Positions 32,504 through 40,922 of a stretch of 64,000 nucleotides of DNA are shown here, one piece after another. The stretch is taken from assembly GCA_003153375.1 (NCBI GenBank), contig PLYM01000056.1:28855-92854 (forward strand), in the 5' to 3' direction. Position 1 is the first letter of the stretch, and each line of letters begins with the position of its first letter. The position numbers and the translations under genes are program-made. This stretch comes from Planctomycetaceae bacterium (lineage in GTDB: Bacteria; Planctomycetota; Planctomycetia; Pirellulales; PALSA-1355). Under the pieces are notes generated by a model, which worked only from the letters and a program-made list of their open reading frames with translations, made no database searches and was not told the origin of the DNA.

Positions 32504-32545
32504 GACTCGATTATAGCCGCGATCTCCAGGGCCGACTCCGAACGC

Positions 32546-32992
32546 TTACACCGCCACCTTGATCACGGCTTTGACGTTCTCGCCGGTTGAGGCCAGGGGG
32601 GCGTGGGCGTCTTGGGGATAGAAGATCATGAACTTGCCGACGCGCAGGTTGATCCAGGCGTGCGACGGATCGGCGAAGAACATGATGTCGCGGGATGGGT
32701 CATAGGGGTCCGTCAACTGGCTGCACTCGCTGGTGGGGCGCCAGCCAATCTCCTCACTGCCGGAAACCAGGAACTGGATGTCGATGTATTTGCGATGCGC
32801 TTCGAGCCGCGCGCCGGCGTGTCCGCGACCGGGGTCGCGATTGATCAGCGCGAACAAACGATCGCCGTCGAGCTCGTACTTGCCGCTGTCGAGGCCGGCG
32901 AGGTTCGGCCGCGCGAGAAACTCAAAGCCCTGGCGAAAGCCGGGATGCAAGTTGGCGTAGCGCTCGGCGTTTTCCAGGCTGTCGAGGATCAT
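32546..32992 (-). CDS. YhcH/YjgK/YiaL family protein (DUF386, beta-sandwich)
   Basis: ORF 32546..33055 trimmed to ATG 32992: MILDSLENAERYANLHPGFRQGFEFLARPNLAGLDSGKYELDGDRLFALI...EAHRKYIDIQFLVSGSEEIGW...GKFMIFYPQDAHAP...VKAVIKVAV. This matches the family pattern closely. Confidence 0.85.
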   Translation of the reverse strand: MILDSLENAERYANLHPGFRQGFEFLARPNLAGLDSGKYELDGDRLFALINRDPGRGHAGARLEAHRKYIDIQFLVSGSEEIGWRPTSECSQLTDPYDPSRDIMFFADPSHAWINLRVGKFMIFYPQDAHAPLASTGENVKAVIKVAV

Positions 32993-33070
32993 CGGCGTTG
33001 CAATTGTCCTCAGGCAAGACAAAGGCAACACTGCTGGACAAGCCAGCAGCGGCACCCACGGAGCGTGAGC

Positions 33071-33571
33071 TTACGGCAAGGTTTCGGAGAGCACCTTGTC
33101 GCGCTCCTCTTCGCGATACTCGTGCAGCTTCTTGCGCAACTCGGGGCGGCTGCCGGCCAGAACGCTGACGGCGAACAGGGCCGCGTTCGCCGCTCCGGCC
33201 TTGCCGATGGCAAAGGTGGCCACGGGAATTCCCCGCGGCATTTGCACCATCGACAAGAGCGAATCGAGCCCGTCGAGCGACCAGGCCTTGCACGGCACGC
33301 CGAGCACGGGCAGCGTGGTGTACGCCGCCGCCACGCCGGCCAGGTGCGCGGCGCCGCCGGCGCCAGCGATCAGGACTTCAAGGCCCCGCGATTCGGCGCT
33401 CGTGCCGTACTCGTGCATGGCGGCGGGCGTGCGATGCGCGGAAATCACGCGGCACTCGTGCGGAATGTCGAAGCGGGTCAGGATCTCGTCGGCCTGCGAC
33501 ATCGTGTCCCAGTCCGACTTGCTGCCCATGATGATGCCGACTAATGGGTTTGCTTTAGCGTTCATGGCCAT
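33071..33571 (-). CDS. purE: 5-(carboxyamino)imidazole ribonucleotide mutase
   Basis: 166 aa with VGIIMGSKSDWDTM, RVISAHRTP, VLIAGAGGAAHLAGVAAAYTTLPVLGVP and SLLSMVQMPRGIPVATFAIG, all hallmark class I PurE motifs. Confidence 0.95.
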   Translation of the reverse strand: MAMNAKANPLVGIIMGSKSDWDTMSQADEILTRFDIPHECRVISAHRTPAAMHEYGTSAESRGLEVLIAGAGGAAHLAGVAAAYTTLPVLGVPCKAWSLDGLDSLLSMVQMPRGIPVATFAIGKAGAANAALFAVSVLAGSRPELRKKLHEYREEERDKVLSETLP

Positions 33572-33828
33572 AACTTAGCGTGACCCCAAAGGAGTGCAAG
33601 CCATTTTGGCCCGCGCGAAAGAGGCCGCGTCGAATCATGGGCCGGCCGTGTTCGGAAGACCGTAATTCGCGATGCGCGGAAGGGGCCAACGGGCGATTTT
33701 CGAGAGCCTTGCGATTGCGAGCCGAAAGGCGGCAGCGGGCAAGCTGTGAGATATTTCACAAACAGCTCGCCGTGGCCGTGTTAAGGCGGTTTGCCGGCCA
33801 GATAATGGCTAGGCGGGTTGCGAAAACA

Positions 33829-33837
33829 TGGTATACT
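33829..33837 (+). promoter_or_regulatory. Candidate extended -10 promoter element (TGgTATACT) for the RRM gene
   Basis: tggtatact at 33829-33837, about 165 nt upstream of the GTG start at 34002. There is no good -35 hexamer at 16-18 nt spacing. A similar TGgTAGAAT box occurs at 61122-61129. Confidence 0.25.
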
Positions 33838-34001
33838 TTCGACGGTTGAATCGTCGAGCGAGTTCTTGAGGTTGGTTCACGGGGAATCGGCTCTAGCCTC
33901 CATCGTCCTTCACCTGTTGGGCCGGCCAGGTCGGTCCCTTTCTGTTTTAACCCGGGAAAGTAAACATCGGGTTGTTTGCGCTTGTAGAGGAGTCTCCTTC
34001 C

Positions 34002-34364
34002 GTGGGTAAGAAGTTGTATGTGGGAAATCTGGCCTACTCGATGAGCAGCTCGGATTTGGAACAGTTGTTTGGGCAGTACGGCACCGTCCAAAGCGCGCAG
34101 GTCATTCAAGACCGCGAGACCGGACGCAGCAAAGGATTCGGCTTTGTGGAAATGGGCTCCGACCAGGAAGCGCAGGCGGCGATTCAAGGTCTCAATGAAC
34201 AGCAACACCAAGGCCGTCCGCTGGCCGTGAACGAGGCTCGTCCTCGTGAAGATCGTGGTGGCGGTGGTGGCGGCGGCGGCGGTGGTGGTGGTCGCGGCGG
34301 TCGTGGCGGCGGTGGTGGCTACGGCGGCGGTGGCGGCGGCGGTGGCCGCGGCGGTCGCTACTAG
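34002..34364 (+). CDS. RRM-domain RNA-binding protein with Gly/Arg-rich (RGG) C-terminal tail
   Basis: ORF 33972..34364 trimmed to GTG 34002, which is preceded by gaggag at 33987-33992. RNP2 is KLYVGNL and RNP1 is KGFGFVEM. The tail is GGGGGGGGGGRGGRGGGGGYGGGGGGGGRGGRY. Confidence 0.9.
   Translation: MGKKLYVGNLAYSMSSSDLEQLFGQYGTVQSAQVIQDRETGRSKGFGFVEMGSDQEAQAAIQGLNEQQHQGRPLAVNEARPREDRGGGGGGGGGGGGRGGRGGGGGYGGGGGGGGRGGRY
34257..34358 (+). repeat. GGN triplet low-complexity tract encoding the Gly/Arg tail
   Basis: An uninterrupted run of ggt/ggc codons, punctuated only by cgc/cgt (Arg) and one tac (Tyr) codon. It also generates the poly-Thr/Ala antisense ORF 33756..34430. Confidence 0.9.
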
Positions 34365-34485
34365 TCGTCGACCCCAACCAGACGATTCGCCGACGACTCG
34401 TCCGAATAGTTTAGCGCACGGAGTCTGCAATCAGTCCGCACGACTGACCGCGACTTGCTCGTGCTCTGCGGGATTTTTCTCCGAC

Positions 34486-34517
34486 AAAAAGGCTGCGCGT
34501 TGGCGCGGCCTTTTTTG
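34486..34517 (+). terminator. Rho-independent terminator of the RRM gene
   Basis: aaaaa-GGCTGCGC-gttg-GCGCGGCC-tttttt. The 8-bp stem (34491-34498 with 34503-34510, one G.U) has a tetraloop, a T6 tract at 34511-34516 and an upstream A5 that can extend the stem. Confidence 0.65.
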
Positions 34518-34630
34518 TTGCACGGGTTTCTTTTATTGCACGGGGTGCTGCCGCCCCGCGTTCCGTGGCCCTGAGCAACGCTCCTCCGGCCTCCGAATCG
34601 TCCGACCCTGAAAATTCCGCGCTGCGTGAC

Positions 34631-35386
34631 TTACAGCCGCGAGTAATCTTCGCCCGAAGGCGGTTGGCTCGGAGCAGGCGGCGGAGTTTGAGCCGGCACC
34701 GGACTCATGGCCAAGAGCACGGCGAGCACGCCCGTCAAAAAGACGCCATCGAACGTGCCGGCACCGCCGATCGAGGCGATCGACGCTCCCAGTTCTCCCA
34801 GGCGGTGCATGTTCATCACATCGGCGCCGACGAGCGTGCCCATGCAGCCCGAGACATAGGCCAGGGGCGCGGCGTAATCGCGCGACAGAAACATGGCCAC
34901 CAGCGCCGCGGCAACCGGTGGAATGAAGATCGGCACCGAGATGCCCATCTGTGGGACCGGTTGAGCCAGCGCGTGTACGATCACCGTGACCACCAGGATG
35001 CCTAGCGCCGCTTGGCCATAGATCTGGTGTCGCACAATGAGATAGATCGACAACAGCGTGGGGATGACGGCGCCGCCCACGTTGACCGCCACGACAGTGC
35101 CGGGCCATTCGTCGATCACGGGCACCCGGTATTCTAGGCCCCAGCCGTCTCGCACCGACTGCGTACCGACGACCTGTTGCTTGCTGGGCAGTTCGGCCAC
35201 TGGCACATTGACGTACGATCCGGCCAGCGAGAGAAACAGAATCAGGTATGCAACCCGACGACTGATGCCCATCTTTTCGTACGCGTAGCCAAGGATGCCG
35301 ATCTGTAAGATCGCGATGAGCAAGCCAAACAGCAGCACCAACAGCAAGAAGAACGGCGGCAGCGTGTGAAAGCTCGACGAGTGCAT
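34631..35386 (-). CDS. DUF1614 domain-containing integral membrane protein
   Basis: ORF 34631..35587 trimmed to ATG 35386 (MHSSSFHTLPPFFLLLVLLFGLL...). Several TM helices are predicted. LAGSYVNVPV matches the GS.(I/V)N(I/V)P motif I associate with DUF1614. The tail is Pro-rich. Confidence 0.75.
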   Translation of the reverse strand: MHSSSFHTLPPFFLLLVLLFGLLIAILQIGILGYAYEKMGISRRVAYLILFLSLAGSYVNVPVAELPSKQQVVGTQSVRDGWGLEYRVPVIDEWPGTVVAVNVGGAVIPTLLSIYLIVRHQIYGQAALGILVVTVIVHALAQPVPQMGISVPIFIPPVAAALVAMFLSRDYAAPLAYVSGCMGTLVGADVMNMHRLGELGASIASIGGAGTFDGVFLTGVLAVLLAMSPVPAQTPPPAPSQPPSGEDYSRL

Positions 35387-35586
35387 GCTGAAAAACTCCC
35401 AAGTCGCCCGCGCGGCGGTCCGAGACCCGTCGAAAGCGTGGACATCACCATAAACATAGGCCCCCTGGGCGATCGAGAACAGTGGATACGCGGATTTGCC
35501 GGCGTCGGCGCTCGATTGCCGTCGCGCGCGTGGCGGCTGTAGAATCGCGCCGGGGTCCAAGTCGCCCCGCACGAGAGGTTTTTTCA

Positions 35587-37515
35587 TTGTCCAACGTCGC
35601 TGACATCCTGGCTCAAGGCAAGGCGCACCACGGCCAGGGCCGGCTGGCCGACGCCGCCGAACTCTATCGCCGCGTCCTCGACAGCGACCCGACCCACGCG
35701 GACGCGCACTACCTGCTCGGCACGGCGTGCCATGCCCTGGGCCAGCCGCAGGATGCGCTCACGAACCTGACGGCTGCCGTCGGAGAAAATCCCTCACATG
35801 CCGAGGCGCACCATTATCTGGGCTACGTGCTGGAAGAGGCCGGTCAGATCGAGCGGGCCATTGCCAGCTACCAGCGGGCCCAAAGCCTCAAACCAAGCTC
35901 GGCCGACATTGACAAGAACCTGCGCCGCGCGCTGGCCGCGCAGCAAAACAACGCCGGCAACTCGCTGGCGGCCACAGGGCAATGGGAGCAGGCCACGGGT
36001 TGCTTTCGGCGGGCGATCGAACTGAAACCCGACTTTGCCGAGGCGTTCTATCACCTGGGCAACGCCGTGGTGAATCAGGGACGGCTGGACGAGGCCACGG
36101 CGCATTTTCGACGGGCGATTGAGCTGAAGCCCGACTTCACCAGCGCGGTTAACAATCTGGCCGTCGCGCTGACCCGGCAGAACAGGCTCGTCGACGCGGC
36201 CGAGTGTTGCCATCGCGCGATCGCGTTGGATCCAAATTTCGCCGATGCGCACGCCAATCTGGGACGCGTGCGGCGCGCTCAATTCCGACTCGACGAGGCG
36301 GCCGAGTGCTGCCGTCGAGCGGTCGCGCTCGATCCGCTGCGCGCCGATGCCCACAATACGTTGGCGCTCGTGTTGCGCGACCAAGGCAAACCGCGCGAGG
36401 CCCAGGTACACTGCCGCCGCGCGCTGGAGCTGAAACCCGATTTTCCGCGCGCCGCCAACAACCTGGCCCTGGTGCTGCGCGACGAACGGCGATTCTACGA
36501 AGCGCTGGGGTCGTTTGATCATGCCATCAAGCTCGCGCCCGACTTTGCCGAGGCGCATCTGAATCGCGGCTTGACGCTGTTGTTGCTGGGCCGCTGGGCC
36601 GACGGCTGGAGCGAATATGAATGGCGCTGGCGCGTGCCCACCTGGGGCGCGATGCGCGAGCCGCAACGGGCCTGGGACGGTTCCTCGCCGGCCGGACGCA
36701 CCGTGCTGGTTTATGCCGAGCAGGGTTTGGGCGATACCTTGCAGTTCATCCGTTACGTGCCGCTGTTGGAAAATCGAGGCGCCCGCGTGATCGTCGAAGT
36801 GCAAGGGGCCCTGATCCCACTGCTGGCGGGCAGCGGATTCGCGAACCTTCAGCCGGCGGGCACGACGTCGGGCCCATACGACGTACACGTCGCGCTGCCG
36901 AGCTTGCCGGGTTTGTTTCAAACCGACCTGGCCTCCGTTCCCTGGCACGCGCCCTACTTGTCGGCGCAACCTGCGCTCATGGAACACTGGCGGCAAAAAC
37001 TGGCCGCGTTGCCAGGCGCCGAGAACGCTGAAGCCAGACCGCCGAGCAAGGAACTGAAGATCGGGATTGTCTGGCAGGGACGCCCCGACCTGCCTCCCTG
37101 GCGCGAGATTCCCTTGGCCATGTTCGAGGGCCTCTCCCAACTGCCCGGCGTGCGGTTGATCAGCTTGCAAAAGGGGCCGGGTTGCGAACAAGCATCCGCG
37201 ATCGCCGATCGCTTTGCGGTGGTCGACTTGGGTTCCGAGCTGGATGGGGAACACGGCCCGTTCATGGACACCGCGGCGCTGATGACACAACTGGATTTGG
37301 TGATCACGGCCGACACGGCCACGGCGCACCTGGCGGGCGGATTGGGAGTGCCGGTGTGGGTGGCGCTGCCCTACGTGCCCGATTGGCGCTGGCTCGTCGA
37401 TCGCGAGGAAACGCCCTGGTATCCGACGATCCGGCTGTTTCGGCAAAGTGCGCCGGGCGATTGGAACAGTGTGTTTGCCGCGATCGTTTCGGCGGTGGTA
37501 AAATTGCGTGATTGA
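35587..37515 (+). CDS. TPR-repeat protein with C-terminal GT9 (heptosyltransferase-like) glycosyltransferase domain
   Basis: The track ORF starts at 35482. I prefer the in-frame TTG 35587 (LSNVADILAQGKAHHGQGRLADAAELYRRVL), preceded by gagagg 8 nt upstream and homologous to the paralogue N-termini. There are about 9 TPR units. The C-terminus has VLVYAEQGLGDTLQFIRYVPLL, LVITADTATAHLAGGLGVPVWVAL and DWRWL..R..TPWYPTIRLFRQ. Confidence 0.8.
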   Translation: MSNVADILAQGKAHHGQGRLADAAELYRRVLDSDPTHADAHYLLGTACHALGQPQDALTNLTAAVGENPSHAEAHHYLGYVLEEAGQIERAIASYQRAQSLKPSSADIDKNLRRALAAQQNNAGNSLAATGQWEQATGCFRRAIELKPDFAEAFYHLGNAVVNQGRLDEATAHFRRAIELKPDFTSAVNNLAVALTRQNRLVDAAECCHRAIALDPNFADAHANLGRVRRAQFRLDEAAECCRRAVALDPLRADAHNTLALVLRDQGKPREAQVHCRRALELKPDFPRAANNLALVLRDERRFYEALGSFDHAIKLAPDFAEAHLNRGLTLLLLGRWADGWSEYEWRWRVPTWGAMREPQRAWDGSSPAGRTVLVYAEQGLGDTLQFIRYVPLLENRGARVIVEVQGALIPLLAGSGFANLQPAGTTSGPYDVHVALPSLPGLFQTDLASVPWHAPYLSAQPALMEHWRQKLAALPGAENAEARPPSKELKIGIVWQGRPDLPPWREIPLAMFEGLSQLPGVRLISLQKGPGCEQASAIADRFAVVDLGSELDGEHGPFMDTAALMTQLDLVITADTATAHLAGGLGVPVWVALPYVPDWRWLVDREETPWYPTIRLFRQSAPGDWNSVFAAIVSAVVKLRD

Positions 37516-37538
37516 GTGCTCGCCGCCAGGAGTTGTTC

Positions 37539-39848
37539 GTGGTCCATCTTGCCGCACTATTGGCCCAGGCCAAATCGCATCACGCCTCGGGCCGTCTTGG
37601 CGAAGCCGAGCCACTCTATCGGCAGATTCTCGCGGCCGATCCGAATGACGTCGAGACGCACTATCTGCTGGGCACGGCCTGTCACGCCTTGGGCCGGCCG
37701 CAGGAGGCGATTGCCGAACTGGCCGAGGCCGTGCGATTGAACCCGCGGCACGTCGAAGCGCATCACTATCTGGGCTTCGTGCTCGCACAGTTGCAAGCCT
37801 GGGATCAGGCGATTGCCAGTTATCAGCAGGCCCTGCACCTGCAGCCCGAGCATGCGGAAGTGGCTCAGCGACTGCGGCACGCCTTGGGTGGCCGAGAACG
37901 GAGCGAGGGCGATCGCTTGGCAGCCGATGGCCGAACGGAAGATGCAATAGCCTGTTGGCGGCGAGCCCTGGAGCTGCGGCCCGACGATGGCGATGCGCTG
38001 GCTCGGCTGGCCGCGACGTTCGATCGGCAGGAGCGCTATGACGAAGCCGTGGCTGCTTATCGAAGCTTTTTGAACGCGCGGCCGAATTCGAGCGGGGCCC
38101 TCAACAATCTGGGAGTCATGCTATCGAAGCAGGGCACGCCCGACGAGGCCCTGAAGTGCTTTCGCCGGGCCTTGGAGTTCAACCCGGCCGATGCCGAGTC
38201 GTGCAACAATCTGGGCGTGGCGCTGACGCGACAGGGTCAGTTCGAAGAGGCTGTCGCGAGCCTTCAGCGGGCCGTGGAGCTGAAGCCCGATTATGTCGAA
38301 GCCTACAACAACCTGGGCAATGCCTGGGGCGACCGGCACATCGCCGAGGCCATCGCATGTTACCAGCGCGCCTTGCAGCTCAACCCACGCTACGGTGCTG
38401 CCCATTGCAACATGGCGCGACGACTCGAGAGTTCCGACCGGCTCGACGACGCTTTGGTCGCCTATCAACGGGCCGTGGAATCGTCTCCCGGCGATGCCGA
38501 GTTGTTTGGCAATTATGGCGTCGCGCTGTTGAGCGCGGCCCGGCAGGACGAGGCCATCGCGGCCTACCGCACCGCGTTGCGCTTGAATCCTCGGCAGCGC
38601 GTGTGGCACGGCAATCTGATCTATGCCCTGAACCTGCTTCCCGACTACGACGCCGCGACGATCTTCGCGGAACACCGCGAGTGGGGCCGCCGGCACACCG
38701 ACCCGCTCACGGCCGCCGCGGCGCCGCACGCGAACGATCGCACGCCCGGGCGGCGGCTGCGCATCGGATACGTGGCCTCGCACTTTCGCGAGCACGCGGT
38801 CAACTGTTTCACGGAGCCGATTCTCACCGCGCACGACCATCAGGCCGTGGAAGTGTTTTGCTACAACAGCGCCTTGCCGGGCGAAGCCGACGCGACCACG
38901 ACACGGCTGCGGGGCTGCGCCGACCATTGGCGCGACATCGTGGGGCTGGGCGACCAACACGTCAGTGAACTGGTGCGCCGCGACCGCATTGACGTGCTGG
39001 TGGACCTGGCGGGGCACATCGCGGGCAGCCGGCTCACGATGTTCGCCTATAAGCCAGCGCCCGTGCAAGTGACCTACATCGGCTATCAAAACACGACCGG
39101 CATGCTGGCGATGGATTATCGGTTGACCGACGACTGGTCGGATCCGCCGGGCATGACCGATCGCTATTACACCGAGCGGCTCTATAGGCTGCCGCGCAGC
39201 TTCTTCTGCTTCCGGCCTCCCGCTGCTCCTGACGTCGCGCCGTCGCCGGCGATCGCCAAAGGATTCGTCACGTTCGGTTCGTTCAACAATCCCGCCAAGC
39301 TCACGCCGCAAGTGTTGGCGACCTGGGCCGAGGTGCTCGCCGGTGTGCCGGGATCTCGCTTGCTGATGCTGGCACCAAAGACAACCGCTTTCCGTCAATC
39401 GGTGCAGGATATTTTTGCGCGGCAGGGAGTCGGCGCCGAACGGGTGGAACTCTTTTTTCGGTGCCCGCAGCGCGATTTTCTCGAGCGCGTCAATCAGGTC
39501 GACGTCGCCCTCGATCCGTTTCCGTTCAACGGTCACACCACGACCTGCGACTGCCTGCACCAAGGCGTGCCGGTGGTGACTCTAGCGGGCAGCTCGTATG
39601 CGTCGCGCTTTGGCAGCAGCGCGCTGGTGACCTTGGGATTGCGCGAGTTCATCGCCGACACGCGCGAGGGTTACGTGGACCTGGCGCGCGGCGTCGCGGA
39701 AGACCTCGATCGGCTCAGCTCGCTGCGCGTCGAGCTGCGCGGGCGCATGCTGGCCTCGCCGCTGGTCGATGCCGTCGGGTTCACGCGAAATCTGGAAGCC
39801 GCCTACCGCGCGATGTGGACCGACTGGTGCGCGAAGTCGTCGCCTTGA
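37539..39848 (+). CDS. TPR-repeat protein with C-terminal GT41 (SPINDLY-family) domain, paralogue D
   Basis: The track ORF starts at TTG 37512, overlapping the upstream stop. I prefer GTG 37539 (VVHLAALLAQAKSHHASGRLGEAEPLYRQIL), preceded by aggag 5 nt upstream. The C-terminus has LRIGYVASHFREHAVNCF, TFGSFNNPAKLTP, DVALDPFPFNGHTTTCDCLHQGVPVVT and YASRFG. Confidence 0.85.
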   Translation: MVHLAALLAQAKSHHASGRLGEAEPLYRQILAADPNDVETHYLLGTACHALGRPQEAIAELAEAVRLNPRHVEAHHYLGFVLAQLQAWDQAIASYQQALHLQPEHAEVAQRLRHALGGRERSEGDRLAADGRTEDAIACWRRALELRPDDGDALARLAATFDRQERYDEAVAAYRSFLNARPNSSGALNNLGVMLSKQGTPDEALKCFRRALEFNPADAESCNNLGVALTRQGQFEEAVASLQRAVELKPDYVEAYNNLGNAWGDRHIAEAIACYQRALQLNPRYGAAHCNMARRLESSDRLDDALVAYQRAVESSPGDAELFGNYGVALLSAARQDEAIAAYRTALRLNPRQRVWHGNLIYALNLLPDYDAATIFAEHREWGRRHTDPLTAAAAPHANDRTPGRRLRIGYVASHFREHAVNCFTEPILTAHDHQAVEVFCYNSALPGEADATTTRLRGCADHWRDIVGLGDQHVSELVRRDRIDVLVDLAGHIAGSRLTMFAYKPAPVQVTYIGYQNTTGMLAMDYRLTDDWSDPPGMTDRYYTERLYRLPRSFFCFRPPAAPDVAPSPAIAKGFVTFGSFNNPAKLTPQVLATWAEVLAGVPGSRLLMLAPKTTAFRQSVQDIFARQGVGAERVELFFRCPQRDFLERVNQVDVALDPFPFNGHTTTCDCLHQGVPVVTLAGSSYASRFGSSALVTLGLREFIADTREGYVDLARGVAEDLDRLSSLRVELRGRMLASPLVDAVGFTRNLEAAYRAMWTDWCAKSSP

Positions 39849-39857
39849 CGCCCGGCG

Positions 39858-40877
39858 CTACCGCGCCAGCGCCGCGCCGCCGGCGACAGCCAGCCGATCG
39901 GCGGCCAGTGTCCAATCGACGACGCGCCAATCCATCCAGCGGCGATCGGCGTCAACACCCGCGCGGCCCAGAAAGCCCAGATGGCCGCCGCGCTCGGTCA
40001 GGTGGATACGCACCTCGGTCGGCGGACACAGTTGTTCGAGGGCCTGGCTGGGAATCATCGGATCGTCGCGCGAGGCCAGAATCAACGTGGGAATGCGAAT
40101 GCGGCCGATGAACTGCAGCGAGCTGGCGACTCGATAGTAGTTGTCGGCCGTGCCGAATCCACAGACGACGGCGGTGAAGGTGTTGTCGAACTCCCACAGC
40201 GATCGTGGCCGGCGCACCAGGTCGACTCCGGCCGCATCGCTGAGCAGCCGCGCCCGCTCGGCCAATTGCCGCAGCAACAGCGAGACAAAGTGGCGGTCGT
40301 ACATGCGATTGCTGGCCTGCGAGATACGCCGCGAGCAGGCCGCCAAATCGACCGGCGGACAGACAGCCACGGCGCTGTCGAGTTGGCCGCACGCAGTGCT
40401 CTCGAGCTCTCCCAGCAACTTGAGAGAAATGTTCGCACCGAGTGAAAAACCAATCAGCGTGGTGGCTGAGTCGGGCGCGAGCGTGGCAATCGCCTCGAGC
40501 GCTGCCGCGGCATCTTCCGAACGGCCGCTGTGATAGGGCAGGCGGGCCAGGCCCGCGCCGGAGCCGCAACCGCGCAGGTCCATGCGAAAGGAGCGCACGC
40601 CGCGATCGTTCAGCTTGGCGGCAATGCGCCGCATGTAGCCGCTCTCGTGGCTGCCGGCCAGGCCGTGAATCATCAGCGCCGTGCGATCGCCGGGCCGCCA
40701 ACCGCCAGGGCAATCGTCGTGCAGCACGATCTGATCGCCGTCGCCCAACGCCACCTGATGTTGGCGAGCCCGGTAGGAAGGCCGCAGGCCCGGCAGGTAG
40801 GCGCCGGCCAAGGTCTGGGCATGGCCGCCGCGCACAAGCGGATGGGGTTCAAAGGGCGGAAAACTCTGGTTTGGCAT
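39858..40877 (-). CDS. Alpha/beta-fold hydrolase (YheT/ABHD1-3-like)
   Basis: 339 aa with FEPHPLVRGGHAQT, ALMIHGLAGSHESGYM, the nucleophile elbow GFSLGAN and C-terminal GGHLGF. This is the layout of the YheT-type hydrolases. Confidence 0.8.
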   Translation of the reverse strand: MPNQSFPPFEPHPLVRGGHAQTLAGAYLPGLRPSYRARQHQVALGDGDQIVLHDDCPGGWRPGDRTALMIHGLAGSHESGYMRRIAAKLNDRGVRSFRMDLRGCGSGAGLARLPYHSGRSEDAAAALEAIATLAPDSATTLIGFSLGANISLKLLGELESTACGQLDSAVAVCPPVDLAACSRRISQASNRMYDRHFVSLLLRQLAERARLLSDAAGVDLVRRPRSLWEFDNTFTAVVCGFGTADNYYRVASSLQFIGRIRIPTLILASRDDPMIPSQALEQLCPPTEVRIHLTERGGHLGFLGRAGVDADRRWMDWRVVDWTLAADRLAVAGGAALAR

Positions 40878-40922
40878 CGGATCCGTGCGACTCGGGGAAT
40901 TCCGTTTCGGGCGCGTGCCGCG

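Noticed and set aside
33756-34430. 224-aa minus-strand ORF with poly-Ala/Thr runs
   Set aside because: It is the antisense reading of the GGN tract and RRM gene. The + strand gene has RNP1/RNP2 motifs, an SD and a terminator.
35794-37947. 717-aa minus-strand ORF
   Set aside because: It is antisense to two TPR-glycosyltransferase genes with clear TPR periodicity and GT motifs. It is extremely Arg/Pro/Gly-rich.
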